Shown: positions 38,217 through 48,481 of the stretch, piece by piece
Numbering within the stretch: position 1 is the stretch's first letter
How the letters are laid out: each line of letters opens with the position of its first letter
DNA from: Patescibacteria group bacterium
Lineage (GTDB): Bacteria > Patescibacteriota > Patescibacteriia > UBA9570 > JAHJKD01
Reading direction: 5' to 3'
Assembly (NCBI GenBank): GCA_043798935.1
Contig: JAZDOC010000014.1
Span: 3,549-67,548, forward strand
Length of the DNA stretch: 64,000 nt
Notes under the pieces: generated by a model
The model's input: the letters and a program-made list of their open reading frames with translations, nothing else
Database searches by the model: none
Told to the model about the DNA's origin: nothing
Program-made: the position numbers and the translations under genes

Positions 38217-39611
38217 ATGAACGATTTAAACCAAAAAATAGATAAAATCGCCCCGCATAACTTGGAAGCTGAACAGGCTGTTTTGGGCTCACTGATTATC
38301 GATAAAGATGCCATTATCAAAGTAGCAGATTCTTTGCGTCCCGAAGATTTTTACAGCGACAAACACTCTTTAATTTATGAAGCCATTCAAGATATTTATT
38401 CTAAACGAGAGCCTATCGATTTGTTAAGCGTGGTTAGTCGGCTGGAAGACAAAGGCCAGCTCGATGTTATTGGTAGCCGGAGTTATTTAATCTCTCTAAC
38501 CAACAGCGTCCCCACGGCCACTAATATTTTAAATTATTCTTCAATTGTTCAGAAGAAAGCTACTTTGCGACGGTTGATCGGGGCGGCCAGTGAAATTTTA
38601 AGTTTTGGATATAAAGAAACCGATGAAGTTGACGATTTATTAGACCAAGCCGAACAAGCACTTTTCAAAGTTTCACAAAAATATTTACGTCAAAATTTTG
38701 TTCCTCTTTCTAGTGTTTTAACTTCTGCTTTTGATAGAATTGACGAGATTCATAAAGAAGCTGGAAAATTACGCGGTGTGCCGACCGGCTTTAAAACCTT
38801 AGATAATAAACTGGGTGGTTTGCAAAAATCTGATCTGGTAATTCTAGCCGCTCGCCCATCCATGGGTAAAACTTCTTTAGCTCTCGATATTGCCCGCCAT
38901 GTAGCCACTCGGGAAAAAATCCCAGTAGGAATATTTTCACTGGAAATGAGTAAAGATCAATTAGTCGACAGACTTCTTTGTGCTGAAGCCAATGTTGATT
39001 TATGGAAAATGCGTACCGGTAAACTTTCCGATTCACCTGATAACGACGATTTCCCCCGCATCGGCCAGGCCATGGGTGTGCTATCGGAAGCGCCGATCTT
39101 TATCGACGACACTGCCATGACAAACATTATGGAAATCCGTACCAAAGCACGCCGTTTACAAATTGAGCATGGCCTTGGTTTGATCGGGATCGATTGGTTG
39201 CAATTCATGGAAGGTCCAGCCGCTAACGCTGATAACCGCGTGCAAGTGATTGCGGAAATTTCGCGTGCTTTAAAAGGTATAGCGCGTGAACTAAACATTC
39301 CAGTACTGGCACTGTCGCAATTATCGCGCGCCGTAGAAATGTCTAACCCTCCTATTCCTAAACTATCTCATTTAAGAGAGTCCGGATCTATTGAGCAAGA
39401 TGCTGATGTGGTAATGTTTGTTTATCGTGAAGATTATTACAAAAAAGATTCGGATCGTAAAAACATTGCTGATATTATTATCGCCAAACACAGAAATGGT
39501 CCAACCGGTCAAGCTGAATTATTCTTTGATATTGAAAAAGCTAGCTTTAAAAATTTAGATAAAGGCCGAAATTTCGAAGATACTCCGCCACCAAGTTTTG
39601 ACACCTTCTAA
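38217..39611 (+). CDS. dnaB: Replicative DNA helicase
   Basis: PHNLEAEQAVLG, ARPSMGKT, LSQLSR, LRESGSIEQDAD, KHRNGP; likely start ATG 38217. Confidence 0.97.
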   Translation: MNDLNQKIDKIAPHNLEAEQAVLGSLIIDKDAIIKVADSLRPEDFYSDKHSLIYEAIQDIYSKREPIDLLSVVSRLEDKGQLDVIGSRSYLISLTNSVPTATNILNYSSIVQKKATLRRLIGAASEILSFGYKETDEVDDLLDQAEQALFKVSQKYLRQNFVPLSSVLTSAFDRIDEIHKEAGKLRGVPTGFKTLDNKLGGLQKSDLVILAARPSMGKTSLALDIARHVATREKIPVGIFSLEMSKDQLVDRLLCAEANVDLWKMRTGKLSDSPDNDDFPRIGQAMGVLSEAPIFIDDTAMTNIMEIRTKARRLQIEHGLGLIGIDWLQFMEGPAANADNRVQVIAEISRALKGIARELNIPVLALSQLSRAVEMSNPPIPKLSHLRESGSIEQDADVVMFVYREDYYKKDSDRKNIADIIIAKHRNGPTGQAELFFDIEKASFKNLDKGRNFEDTPPPSFDTF

Positions 39612-39633
39612 TAATTAATAAAATATAAAAAAT

Positions 39634-39942
39634 ATGTTCAACAAATTAAAACAATTTAAAGATTTAAGAAGCCAAGCCAAACAAATGCAACATAGTTTAG
39701 CGGCTGAAACCATTGAAGCTGAGGCTTTATCGGGTAGATTAAAATTAACCATGGATGGTAATCAAAAAGTACAGTCTATTTATGTGGATCCAGAACTTTT
39801 ATCGGTTGATAAAAAAAGAAAGCTAGAAGATGGTATTAAAGATTTGTTCGACAACGCTCATTCGGCCGTGCAAAAAACCATGATGAAAAAAATGCGCGCT
39901 GGTGAAATAGACATGCCTGATTTATCAAGCTTAGGAATGTAA
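39634..39942 (+). CDS. YbaB/EbfC nucleoid-associated protein
   Basis: QAKQMQ..L, upstream of recR. Confidence 0.88.
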   Translation: MFNKLKQFKDLRSQAKQMQHSLAAETIEAEALSGRLKLTMDGNQKVQSIYVDPELLSVDKKRKLEDGIKDLFDNAHSAVQKTMMKKMRAGEIDMPDLSSLGM

Positions 39943-39973
39943 TTATTAGTAACCATCTTAACTAGCCATTACT

Positions 39974-40570
39974 ATGCCCTTTCCAAATGCGATTCAAAAT
40001 TTAATTGAACAGTTCAACCGCTTGCCGGGTATCGGTTCTAAAACATCAGAGCGCTTTATTTTTTATTTACTTAAACAACCCAAGCAAAACATTAATGAAT
40101 TTATTAGGGCTCTAGACAAATTAAAAACCGAAGTTAGAATTTGCTCTGAATGTCAAAATTTCTCCGAACAATCCCCTTGTCGAATATGTGCTGACGCCAG
40201 CCGAGATAGAAGTATTATTTGTGTAGTTGCGGAAAGCCCGGATATTATTGCTTTGGAAAAAACTAGTGAGTATCAAGGCCTCTACCATGTACTAAATGGA
40301 ACGATTAATGAAATAGATGGCATTAATTTAGATCAACTTAAATTTAAAGAACTGCTTCAGAGAATTAAAAATAACAATATCCAAGAAATTATTTTAGCTT
40401 TCGATGCTAATATGGAAAGTGAAACCACGGCCATGTATTTAATGCGTGAACTTAAACCATTAAATATTAAAATTACTCGCCTAGCGCGAGGTTTACCCAT
40501 GGGCTCAGACATTGAATACGCTGATGAGGTAACGCTATCGAATGCAATTCAAGAACGAAAAGAAATATAA
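39974..40570 (+). CDS. recR: Recombination protein RecR
   Basis: LPGIG.K, C4 zinc finger, TOPRIM, RLARGLPMGSDIEYAD. Confidence 0.96.
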   Translation: MPFPNAIQNLIEQFNRLPGIGSKTSERFIFYLLKQPKQNINEFIRALDKLKTEVRICSECQNFSEQSPCRICADASRDRSIICVVAESPDIIALEKTSEYQGLYHVLNGTINEIDGINLDQLKFKELLQRIKNNNIQEIILAFDANMESETTAMYLMRELKPLNIKITRLARGLPMGSDIEYADEVTLSNAIQERKEI

Positions 40571-40591
40571 AACTATATAATTATTATACTC

Positions 40592-40660
40592 GCCCACGCC
40601 CATAAAGGGCGGGGCTTTATTAATAAAAAAAATAACCCCGGACTTTAGGCCCGTGGGTTA
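40592..40660. repeat. Inverted doublet of REP-like hairpins (copies 2 and 3)
   Basis: gcccacgcccataaagggcggggc (40592-40615) and inverted variant taaccccggactttaggcccgtgggtta (40633-40660), between convergent genes. Confidence 0.8.
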
Positions 40661-40679
40661 TAAATATAAATATTTTCTA

Positions 40680-40988
40680 TTAAGCGATTGATTGTATTTC
40701 AAGCTCTGTAAAACATTGACGATGGCCGACGTTTCGGCTGTAGCGAGTTTTATTTTTATATTTTACCACGGCTACTTTCTTGGTTCGACCCTGGCGAATT
40801 ACGGTAGCGGTTACTTTAGCGCCTTCTACAACCGGAGTGCCAACTTTTATTTTGTTATCATCGCCAACTAATAAAACCTGGTCAAACTCAACAGTCTGCC
40901 CTTTTTCAGCGTTTAATTTTTCCACACGAATTTTATCTTTGGCTTGAACTTTATACTGTTTTCCGCCGGTTTTTATTACTGCTAGCAT
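40680..40988 (-). CDS. rplU: 50S ribosomal protein bL21
   Basis: [16 protein letters not shown]. Confidence 0.97.
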   Translation of the reverse strand: MLAVIKTGGKQYKVQAKDKIRVEKLNAEKGQTVEFDQVLLVGDDNKIKVGTPVVEGAKVTATVIRQGRTKKVAVVKYKNKTRYSRNVGHRQCFTELEIQSIA

Positions 40989-41155
40989 AGATTATATTAC
41001 TTTAATTGATATTTATTAATACTCATGTCCCCTGTGCTAAGTAAGGGACAACGGAATATATATTATATAATTTATGGATTTTCGTCAAGATGCGCTTTTG
41101 TAAGCACTATCTTTTTGCCATTATAAATTAAAATATGAACTAATTTCTATATGTA

Positions 41156-42250
41156 TTATACCAAATTTTTTCGATTTTGTCTATACTTTACTACTACTAC
41201 TCCGCCTAAAATTGCCATGACTATGGCCAAAATCATTAAAGCCAATAATTTACCTATACCTTGTAAAAATAACGAGGAGACGCCAAAAACAGCTGTTAGA
41301 AAGTATAAAAATAATACGGCTTGTCTATGGGAAAAGCCGATATCAAGCAATTGATAATGAAGATGTTTGCGATCAGAAGTTTTAAAAGGAGATTTTTTTT
41401 CTCTAAATAGCCTGCGAATAATTACCCAAATTAAGTCTAAAATTGGAATACCCATTATTAAAAGCGCGGTCGCAATCTTCCCGCCCGATATAATAGCCAG
41501 TACTCCTAACATAAAACCAGCATACAATGACCCGCCTTCACCTAAATAAATTTTTGCTGGATTAAAATTAAACATTAAAAAACCCAGGCAAGCACCGGTT
41601 AAGATAATCGCCAGAATTGCGGTCTCGGGCTGAGCCACTTCTTGGCTTAAGCTTAAGCAAAAAATAATAAACGACCCAATTACGGTTAAGCCAGATACTA
41701 AACCATCTAAACCATCTAATATTTTAGTAGTGTACGACATGCCCATTAACCAAAACAAAGTAAATACGTCAGCTAGCAATGTTATTTTATATGGCAGATC
41801 GTTAATTTTAAATAAAGTAAAATCTAATGAATTAAAATAAAAAATTCCTCCCAAAGGATTTGTAATATAAGTAATACCGATACCACTGGCAATAATAATT
41901 AAACCAGCTAAAAACGGAAAAACAATTTGTTTTTTTGCCGAAAGATCGTATTTGTCATCTAAATATCCGCCAATCATCAAAATTAAACCAGCTATAAAAA
42001 TGCCAATTAAATATTTACTCAACATATATCCGCCCAGCAGCCATTTACTAGAAAGCAGAACCACAATATTAAAACTTAAAAAAATAGCCAAACCGCCTAA
42101 TAACGGAATTGGCCTTGTCTGTTGTTTTCTGTCTGGCCGAGTTGTGGGGTCATCAACAATTTTATTCTGCAAAGCAAACTTCTTTACAAAAAAAGTAAAA
42201 ACATAACTAAGTGCAAATGCAAATATAAATGGAATTAAATATTTTATCAT
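41156..42250 (-). CDS. MraY/WecA/TagO-family polyprenyl-phosphate sugar-1-phosphate transferase
   Basis: PLLGG, GYLDD, DGLDGL, FNFNPAKIYLG, D..HLH. Confidence 0.92.
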   Translation of the reverse strand: MIKYLIPFIFAFALSYVFTFFVKKFALQNKIVDDPTTRPDRKQQTRPIPLLGGLAIFLSFNIVVLLSSKWLLGGYMLSKYLIGIFIAGLILMIGGYLDDKYDLSAKKQIVFPFLAGLIIIASGIGITYITNPLGGIFYFNSLDFTLFKINDLPYKITLLADVFTLFWLMGMSYTTKILDGLDGLVSGLTVIGSFIIFCLSLSQEVAQPETAILAIILTGACLGFLMFNFNPAKIYLGEGGSLYAGFMLGVLAIISGGKIATALLIMGIPILDLIWVIIRRLFREKKSPFKTSDRKHLHYQLLDIGFSHRQAVLFLYFLTAVFGVSSLFLQGIGKLLALMILAIVMAILGGVVVVKYRQNRKNLV

Positions 42251-42259
42251 AAGCCTACG

Positions 42260-42658
42260 TTATTTGGCTTGTTGATCTAAATAATTTTGTAATATAATCT
42301 GGGCCGCTACTTGATCTTGTTTTTTGACGCCTTTAACTTCGCGTAATAAATTATCAGCCATTTGTGAAGTTAATCTTTCATCAAAAGTTTGCACTGGTAT
42401 TTCCAGGTGACCGCGTAATTTTTCCACAAATAATTTTACTTCTTTACTCATGTCGTTTTCCTGGCCATCCATACTTAGCGGCAGACCAACAATTATACGA
42501 TCCATGCCTTCAATGTTCACAATGGCTTTAATTTTAGTGATTAATTTATTCTGCGTTAATCCTTCTAAAATACCTTTACCCACAGCAACTTTAGTTTCAT
42601 CAGTACCGATAGCCATGCCTACCCTGGCTTTACCATAATCTAATCCTAAATATTTCAT
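42260..42658 (-). CDS. ruvX: YqgF/RuvX nuclease
   Basis: LGLDYG.ARVG, VGLP, DERLTS, D..AA..IL. Confidence 0.93.
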   Translation of the reverse strand: MKYLGLDYGKARVGMAIGTDETKVAVGKGILEGLTQNKLITKIKAIVNIEGMDRIIVGLPLSMDGQENDMSKEVKLFVEKLRGHLEIPVQTFDERLTSQMADNLLREVKGVKKQDQVAAQIILQNYLDQQAK

Positions 42659-43416
42659 ATTATTTCATTTTCTCTTTTAGTTAATATTTCGTAACCATTA
42701 TTTGTAACCACGATCGTATGTTCAAAATGAGCTGATAATGATTTATCTTTTGTTGTCACTCGCCAGCCATCATCACTAAATTCTACTTCTGCGCCTCCAA
42801 TATTAACCATGGGTTCAATGCAAATTGCCATGCCTGGTTTTAATTCAGCTCCGGTTTTTATTTTACCATAATTTGGAATCCGCGGATCTTCATGCACCCC
42901 GTAACCAACTCCGTGCCCAACTAATGTCCGAACAACACTAAAACCGCGCGTTTCAGCATATTGCTGAACAGCGAAGCCAATATCCCCTACTGTATTAGCG
43001 GGTTTAACCTGGTTTATACCGGCATATAAAGATTGCTGGGTGGCTATTAATAATTTCTGCGCTTGTTCTGAAATATCACCCACCGCTACGGTCAGTGCAC
43101 TATCGGTAAAAAAATTCTTATATTTTATTCCACAATCGATACTAATAATATCTCCTTCGCATAAAATTCTTTTATTAGGAATACAGTGCACCACTTCTTC
43201 ATTTAAAGATGTGCATAAAATTGCCGGATAATCTCTATATCCTTTAAACGATGGCATAGCTTTATGCAAATTAATTAATGTGTCAGCGTGTTTTTCTAAT
43301 GCCAATAAAGAAATGCCCGGTTTTGCCATTTTCTCTAATTCACTCAAAACAAAAGCGAGAATTTTTCCGCCTTCCCGCATTTTCTCAATTTCTATTTTAT
43401 TTTTATATGTAATCAT
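42655..43416 (-). CDS. map: Methionine aminopeptidase type I
   Basis: VVHCIP, GHGVG..VHEDP, IEPM, AHFEHT. Confidence 0.97.
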   Translation of the reverse strand: MITYKNKIEIEKMREGGKILAFVLSELEKMAKPGISLLALEKHADTLINLHKAMPSFKGYRDYPAILCTSLNEEVVHCIPNKRILCEGDIISIDCGIKYKNFFTDSALTVAVGDISEQAQKLLIATQQSLYAGINQVKPANTVGDIGFAVQQYAETRGFSVVRTLVGHGVGYGVHEDPRIPNYGKIKTGAELKPGMAICIEPMVNIGGAEVEFSDDGWRVTTKDKSLSAHFEHTIVVTNNGYEILTKRENEII

Positions 43417-43417
43417 G

Positions 43418-44053
43418 TTAAGAAAAAATTTCTTTTACATTTTCCCAGACTTCATTAATTGATGGTAGCCCATTTACTCTATGAAGTAAACCCATTTGTT
43501 CATATTTGTCTAAAATTGGTTCAGACTCTTTATGATAAATTGCTAGTCTAATTTCTAAAGCTTCTTTGGTATCGTCAGCGCGCTGGGCCAGCTCGTTGCC
43601 ACAACCATCACAAATTCCTTCACGTTTAGGGGCTTTATATGCTTTGTGGTAAGTCATACCGCAATTTAAACACGCTCTTCGACCACCAATGCGGCGAATA
43701 GATTCTTTGTCGTTAATACCAATTAGCAAAACATGCGAAATTTTAACAATTTCCTCTAATGCCCGCGCCTGTGTTATATTTCGCGGGAAACCATCTAAAA
43801 TAAATCCGTTCACACAATCGCTTTGATTTAAGCGATCAGCAATCATTTCAATAGTGAGACTGTCTGGTACAAGCTCACCTTTATTAATAAAAGTTTGTGC
43901 TTTTTTCCCCAGCTCGGTTTTCTCCTTTATATTACTACGAAAAATATTCCCGGTTACAATTAATGGGATATTTAGATACTCGGCTAATTTTTCACCCTGT
44001 GTTCCTTTGCCTGAACCCTGTGGACCAAAAAGTAAAATTTTATATGAAGTCAT
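43418..44053 (-). CDS. adk: Adenylate kinase
   Basis: GPQGSGKGTQ, LDGFPR, zinc lid. Confidence 0.96.
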   Translation of the reverse strand: MTSYKILLFGPQGSGKGTQGEKLAEYLNIPLIVTGNIFRSNIKEKTELGKKAQTFINKGELVPDSLTIEMIADRLNQSDCVNGFILDGFPRNITQARALEEIVKISHVLLIGINDKESIRRIGGRRACLNCGMTYHKAYKAPKREGICDGCGNELAQRADDTKEALEIRLAIYHKESEPILDKYEQMGLLHRVNGLPSINEVWENVKEIFS

Positions 44054-44065
44054 ATTTTTTTAACC

Positions 44066-44132
44066 AAACCTTTCGATACAATGCTTAGATACAAATTTCC
44101 TTCGGAAATTTACTCAGCATCGCTCAAGGTTT
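44066..44132. repeat. Nested CTTCGATAC...CTCAG-type palindromic repeat
   Basis: Outer ccttTCGATACAA...CGCTCAAGG enclosing inner TGCTTAGATACAAATTTCCTTCGGAAATTTACTCAGCA. Confidence 0.55.
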
Positions 44133-44148
44133 TAATTGTATCGGCGGA

Positions 44149-45426
44149 TTAAAAATTTTCGTAATCTCTAACCGTCAATTGCGAATCGATAGATTTTACG
44201 GTTTCAATAGCCACTGATACAACGATTAATAATGAAGTGCCACCAATAGCTAAAGATGCAAAACTATTTCCACCAATAGCTTTAATGATTAACGGTAAAA
44301 TAGCGATTATGCCTAAAAAAGCTGCACCGGCCAATAAAATGTGATTAGAAACTTTTCCTAAATATTCGGCCGTTAATTTGCCGGGTCTGATGCCGGGAAT
44401 AAAACCGCCTTGTTTTTGTAAATTTTCTGCAATCTGTTCAGGATGAAATATTACAGCTGTATAAAAATAAGTAAATGCAAAAACTAAAGAAAAATATGCT
44501 ACACCGTAAAATAGCTGATTATTAAATAATTGAATTACGAACTGACAAATACTCGTCATGAATCCACTGGTATAGCCCATTACAAACTGAGCAATGAGTG
44601 GTGGAAACAATACAAAGGCAATCGCAAAGATAATCGGTATTACACCGGCTTGATTTACACGTAACGGTAAATGACTGGTCATACCACCATAAACTTTATT
44701 GCCTCTAATTTGTCTGGCATAGGAAACTGGAATATTTCTTTGTGCTTCAGATATAATAACGATTCCAACAATGGTAATAACTGCAACCACTAAAAATGCA
44801 ATTAGCATTGGTAATCTCGAAGGATCAAAAGTTGCTATGATTTGTTGGATAGCTGTTGGCACACGCGATACGATACCAGCAAAGATTAATAATGAAATAC
44901 CATTACCAACATTTTTTTCAGTGATCATTTCACCAATCCACATTAAAAATACAGCACCGCCGGTAATCATAGCAACAGCAGTCACCCACTGAATAATATT
45001 CAAATCGCCAACAATACCCTGCCCAGTTCGCTGTAAAACAGTAATAGTTGCAAATGATTGAACAGCCGCTAATGGCACTGTTAAATATCTGGTGTATTGA
45101 TTGATTTTTTTGTATCCTTCTGGTTCTTTGGAAAGTTCTTCGAGTTGTGGAATAATACTAGTTAATAACTGAAAAATAATAGAAGCTGTAATATATGGAC
45201 CTACGCCAAGCATTACAATAGAGAAATTTTCCATAGCACCACCTGTAAATAAATTCAACATACCAAGCACTTGGTTGCTATCGAAAAAATTTCTTAAATT
45301 GGCAACATCTACTCCGGGAATCGGAATATGAGCTGCAAATCTGAACAAAATTAATAAACTTAGAACAAAAAGAATATTATATCTTAAGTCGTTAAGCTTC
45401 CAAATTCGTCTTATTTTTTCCCACAT
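44149..45426 (-). CDS. secY: Preprotein translocase SecY
   Basis: LGVGPYITASII, GNGISLLIFAGI, FIPGIRPG, GGTSLLIVV. Confidence 0.98.
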   Translation of the reverse strand: MWEKIRRIWKLNDLRYNILFVLSLLILFRFAAHIPIPGVDVANLRNFFDSNQVLGMLNLFTGGAMENFSIVMLGVGPYITASIIFQLLTSIIPQLEELSKEPEGYKKINQYTRYLTVPLAAVQSFATITVLQRTGQGIVGDLNIIQWVTAVAMITGGAVFLMWIGEMITEKNVGNGISLLIFAGIVSRVPTAIQQIIATFDPSRLPMLIAFLVVAVITIVGIVIISEAQRNIPVSYARQIRGNKVYGGMTSHLPLRVNQAGVIPIIFAIAFVLFPPLIAQFVMGYTSGFMTSICQFVIQLFNNQLFYGVAYFSLVFAFTYFYTAVIFHPEQIAENLQKQGGFIPGIRPGKLTAEYLGKVSNHILLAGAAFLGIIAILPLIIKAIGGNSFASLAIGGTSLLIVVSVAIETVKSIDSQLTVRDYENF

Positions 45427-45818
45427 GTTTTAGTTTCTCCCCCGGCTTTTGTAATAGCTTCAGACGCAACTTTAGAAAATGCCGAAGCGCATACAATTAA
45501 TTTTTTTGATAATTTTCCAGAACCTAATACTTTATAACCTTCTAGTTTAACCTTTTGACCATCTTTATATGTAGTTTCTAGATCTTTTAAATTGATAATC
45601 AATAATTTATCGTTTAAACTTTTAAAACCTTTAACTTTAGGAATTTTTTTGAAAGTTTGTTTTAGACCCATTAATTTTAAACCACCTTTTCCGCCAGAAC
45701 GAGATTTTTGACCTTTTAACCCTCGGCTTGAATATGTTCCTCTGCCGGAAGCATTACCACGACCAACACGACGCTTTGTTTTTCTAGGTTTGGGTTTTAA
45801 ATTTGTAAGAGTAAGCAT
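45411..45818 (-). CDS. rplO: 50S ribosomal protein uL15
   Basis: RVGRGNASGRG..S.RG.KGQKSRSG. Confidence 0.95.
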   Translation of the reverse strand: MLTLTNLKPKPRKTKRRVGRGNASGRGTYSSRGLKGQKSRSGGKGGLKLMGLKQTFKKIPKVKGFKSLNDKLLIINLKDLETTYKDGQKVKLEGYKVLGSGKLSKKLIVCASAFSKVASEAITKAGGETKTCGKK

Positions 45819-45823
45819 ATATT

Positions 45824-46330
45824 TTAGTTTGATTCTAATTTCTTTTTTAATTCTTCGCGACTTTGTAAGCTAGATAATGCTTTTATTACCGCTCTGATAT
45901 TATTAATCTTATTTTTTGAGCCTTTCATTTTAGCTACAATATTTTTAATGCCAGCAATTTCAATAACCATACGTACTGGGCCACCGGCGATTACACCTCT
46001 TCCCATTCGAGCCGGCTTCAACAATACTACAGCACTTGACACTTTCATCAGCACTTCATGCGGAATGGTTTCGTTGTGCATTTTTACAGTAATGATATTT
46101 TTATGTGCTCTTTTAACAGCTTTTTCTACTGCTAAAGCAACGTCTGCTCCTTTGGCGATACCAATACCAACTTGTCCTTTTTTATCTCCAATTACAACAG
46201 CGGCTCGAAAACGCATTCTTTTACCGCCAGCCATTACTCTGGTCACGCGCGCTAGATCAACAATCTTCTGTTCAAAATCATCAGTTGGCTGTTTGGCTTG
46301 TTTCTTTTTTCCTTTTTTTTGATACACCAT
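45824..46330 (-). CDS. rpsE: 30S ribosomal protein uS5
   Basis: RVTRVMAGGKRMRF, GVIAGG. Confidence 0.97.
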   Translation of the reverse strand: MVYQKKGKKKQAKQPTDDFEQKIVDLARVTRVMAGGKRMRFRAAVVIGDKKGQVGIGIAKGADVALAVEKAVKRAHKNIITVKMHNETIPHEVLMKVSSAVVLLKPARMGRGVIAGGPVRMVIEIAGIKNIVAKMKGSKNKINNIRAVIKALSSLQSREELKKKLESN

Positions 46331-46351
46331 ATTAAAAAATCAAATAATAAA

Positions 46352-46699
46352 TTAAAATACTAAACCATTTTGCCGAGCAGCATCGGCCAATTCTTTAACT
46401 CGACCATGATAGCGATAACTGCCTTTATCAAAAACAACCTTTTCAATTTTTTTTGTTTTAGCTACAGCAGCAATAGTGGCGCCGACAGCTTTAGCTCTTT
46501 CAATTTTTGTTCCCGTAATTTCTTTGTCATTAGCCTGAGCTAATGTTGTGCTGTTAATGTCATCTATCAATTGACAGGAAATATGCTTTGAGCTACGAAA
46601 CACTGTTAATCTTGGCTTAACAGAAGTACCGCAAATTTTTGATCGAATGCGACGTTGTCTTCTGACTGCTTGTTGCTTCTTTAAAATATTTTTATTCAT
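46352..46699 (-). CDS. rplR: 50S ribosomal protein uL18
   Basis: PRLTVFRS, FDKGSYRYHGRV. Confidence 0.97.
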   Translation of the reverse strand: MNKNILKKQQAVRRQRRIRSKICGTSVKPRLTVFRSSKHISCQLIDDINSTTLAQANDKEITGTKIERAKAVGATIAAVAKTKKIEKVVFDKGSYRYHGRVKELADAARQNGLVF

Positions 46700-46722
46700 A
46701 AATTTTATAATTAAATGGTTTA

Positions 46723-47268
46723 CTAACTTGCGCTGGAAGCTTGTTTACCGGCCTTTCTTCTAATAATTTCATCTGAATATTTAATACCCTTACCTTTGTA
46801 TGGTTCGGGTTTTTTGATTTTTCTAATTTCCGCTGCGATAGCTCCGACTAATTGTTTATCGATGCCAGTAATGGTTAAAGTGTTTTTGTCAGTTTTACCT
46901 TCAATGCCTTTTGGCATTTCAAATACTACTGGATGTGAAAAACCGACTTTTAAATTCAATTTATTTCCTTGCATTTCCCAACCAAAACCAACGCCATTAA
47001 TTTCTAAAGATTTTGAAAATCCTTGGGTAACGCCAATAACCATATTATTGATAATTGAAGCAAATGTTCCCCATAAAGCTCGCCCCTGTTTGATGTCTTT
47101 GTTATTTGCGTCGACAATTAATTCATTATCCACTTGTTTTACCATAATATCTGGATGAATAAATTGAGTTAATTCTCCCTTGGGACCCTTAATTTTAATT
47201 TGGTTAGGTGCAATTTCTACACTAACTTTTTCAGGTATGTTAATTGGTTTTTTGCCGATTCTAGACAT
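46723..47268 (-). CDS. rplF: 50S ribosomal protein uL6
   Basis: MSRIGKKP, PEPYKGKGI. Confidence 0.98.
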   Translation of the reverse strand: MSRIGKKPINIPEKVSVEIAPNQIKIKGPKGELTQFIHPDIMVKQVDNELIVDANNKDIKQGRALWGTFASIINNMVIGVTQGFSKSLEINGVGFGWEMQGNKLNLKVGFSHPVVFEMPKGIEGKTDKNTLTITGIDKQLVGAIAAEIRKIKKPEPYKGKGIKYSDEIIRRKAGKQASSAS

Positions 47269-47289
47269 ATTACTTTAAACTTATTTTAA

Positions 47290-47679
47290 TTAATATATTT
47301 CACAAAGCACTTCCCCACCTAAATTTTTCTGACGCGCTTCTTTATTAGTCATTAATCCGTGTGATGTGGAAATAACCGCCATACCAAAATTATTAACAAC
47401 ATATGGCAAATCTCGTTTTTTCAAATAGACACGACGCCCTGGCTTACTAACTCTCTTGAGAGAATTAATTAGAGGCTGACGGTTAATGTATTTTAATTTT
47501 ATCTTTAATACGGGTCGGGTGCCATTTTCAATTTTTTCCGAACCTGAAACATAACCGTTTTTTGATAAAATATTTGCTAGACTGTATTTTAATTTTGAAT
47601 AAGGTAAGATTACCGATTCTTTTCTCACGGCCTGAGCATTTCTTATTCTAGTTAGCATATCTGCAATTGGATCTGTCAT
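47290..47679 (-). CDS. rpsH: 30S ribosomal protein uS8
   Basis: DPIADMLTRIRNA, SKPGRRVY, GGE. Confidence 0.98.
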   Translation of the reverse strand: MTDPIADMLTRIRNAQAVRKESVILPYSKLKYSLANILSKNGYVSGSEKIENGTRPVLKIKLKYINRQPLINSLKRVSKPGRRVYLKKRDLPYVVNNFGMAVISTSHGLMTNKEARQKNLGGEVLCEIY

Positions 47680-47719
47680 ATTGTAATTTATTATTATCTT
47701 AATGCTTAAATTATTTTAT

Positions 47720-47905
47720 TTACCAGCTAGCTCTTTTGATTCCTGGAATTTCTCCTTTATCAGCAAGCTCTCTAAAACAAATGCGACATAAATTAAAATC
47801 TCTCATGTAACCGTGATTACGGCCACAACGCCAACAACGATTTTCTTTTCGAGTGCTAAATTTAGGAGTGCGATTTGCTTTTGCTATTTTTGATTGTTTT
47901 GCCAT
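47720..47905 (-). CDS. rpsN: 30S ribosomal protein uS14 (zinc-binding type Z)
   Basis: RCWRCGR...LCRICFRE. Confidence 0.97.
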   Translation of the reverse strand: MAKQSKIAKANRTPKFSTRKENRCWRCGRNHGYMRDFNLCRICFRELADKGEIPGIKRASW

Positions 47906-47919
47906 ATTATTTTAAATCG

Positions 47920-48477
47920 TTATTTTTTATCTTGATCAGTGGCTTTAAAAGGAATGCCAATTTTTTCTAATAATTTTATACCAGCCTCACTGCTTTTAGC
48001 ATTAGTGACAATAGCAACTTCTAAGCCATGTAATTTTTCTACTTCATCTGATTTAATTTCCGGAAAAACAAAATATTCTTTGAAGCCAATATTCATATTG
48101 CCTTTTTGATCCACGGCTTTTTTTGATAAACCTCTAAAATCTCTTACTCTGGGTAAAGCTACATTGATTAATTTATCCAGAAAAGCATACATTCTTTCAC
48201 CGCGCAAAGTTACTTTAGCGCCAATTTCCATACCAGCTCTAATTTTAAAATTAGAAATAGACTTTTTCACTTTAGTAATTAATGGCTTCTGCCCTGTGAT
48301 ACGCATTAATGTATTTACTACCGTGTCTTTAAATTGAGAATCGGAAATTATTTTTCCCATACCAACATTTATCACAATTTTTTCAATGCGCGGGATGGAT
48401 AAATCATTTTTTAAACCAAGGTCTTTTTTTAATTCGGCCTTAATTTCTTTGTTGTATTTCTCTTTTAGTCTGTTCAT
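47920..48477 (-). CDS. rplE: 50S ribosomal protein uL5
   Basis: KIVINVGMG, ITGQKP, LPRVRDFRG. Confidence 0.98.
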   Translation of the reverse strand: MNRLKEKYNKEIKAELKKDLGLKNDLSIPRIEKIVINVGMGKIISDSQFKDTVVNTLMRITGQKPLITKVKKSISNFKIRAGMEIGAKVTLRGERMYAFLDKLINVALPRVRDFRGLSKKAVDQKGNMNIGFKEYFVFPEIKSDEVEKLHGLEVAIVTNAKSSEAGIKLLEKIGIPFKATDQDKK

Positions 48478-48481
48478 AAAT

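Noticed and set aside
38139-39611. Intein in DnaB
   Set aside because: Normal length; no insertion or splicing motifs
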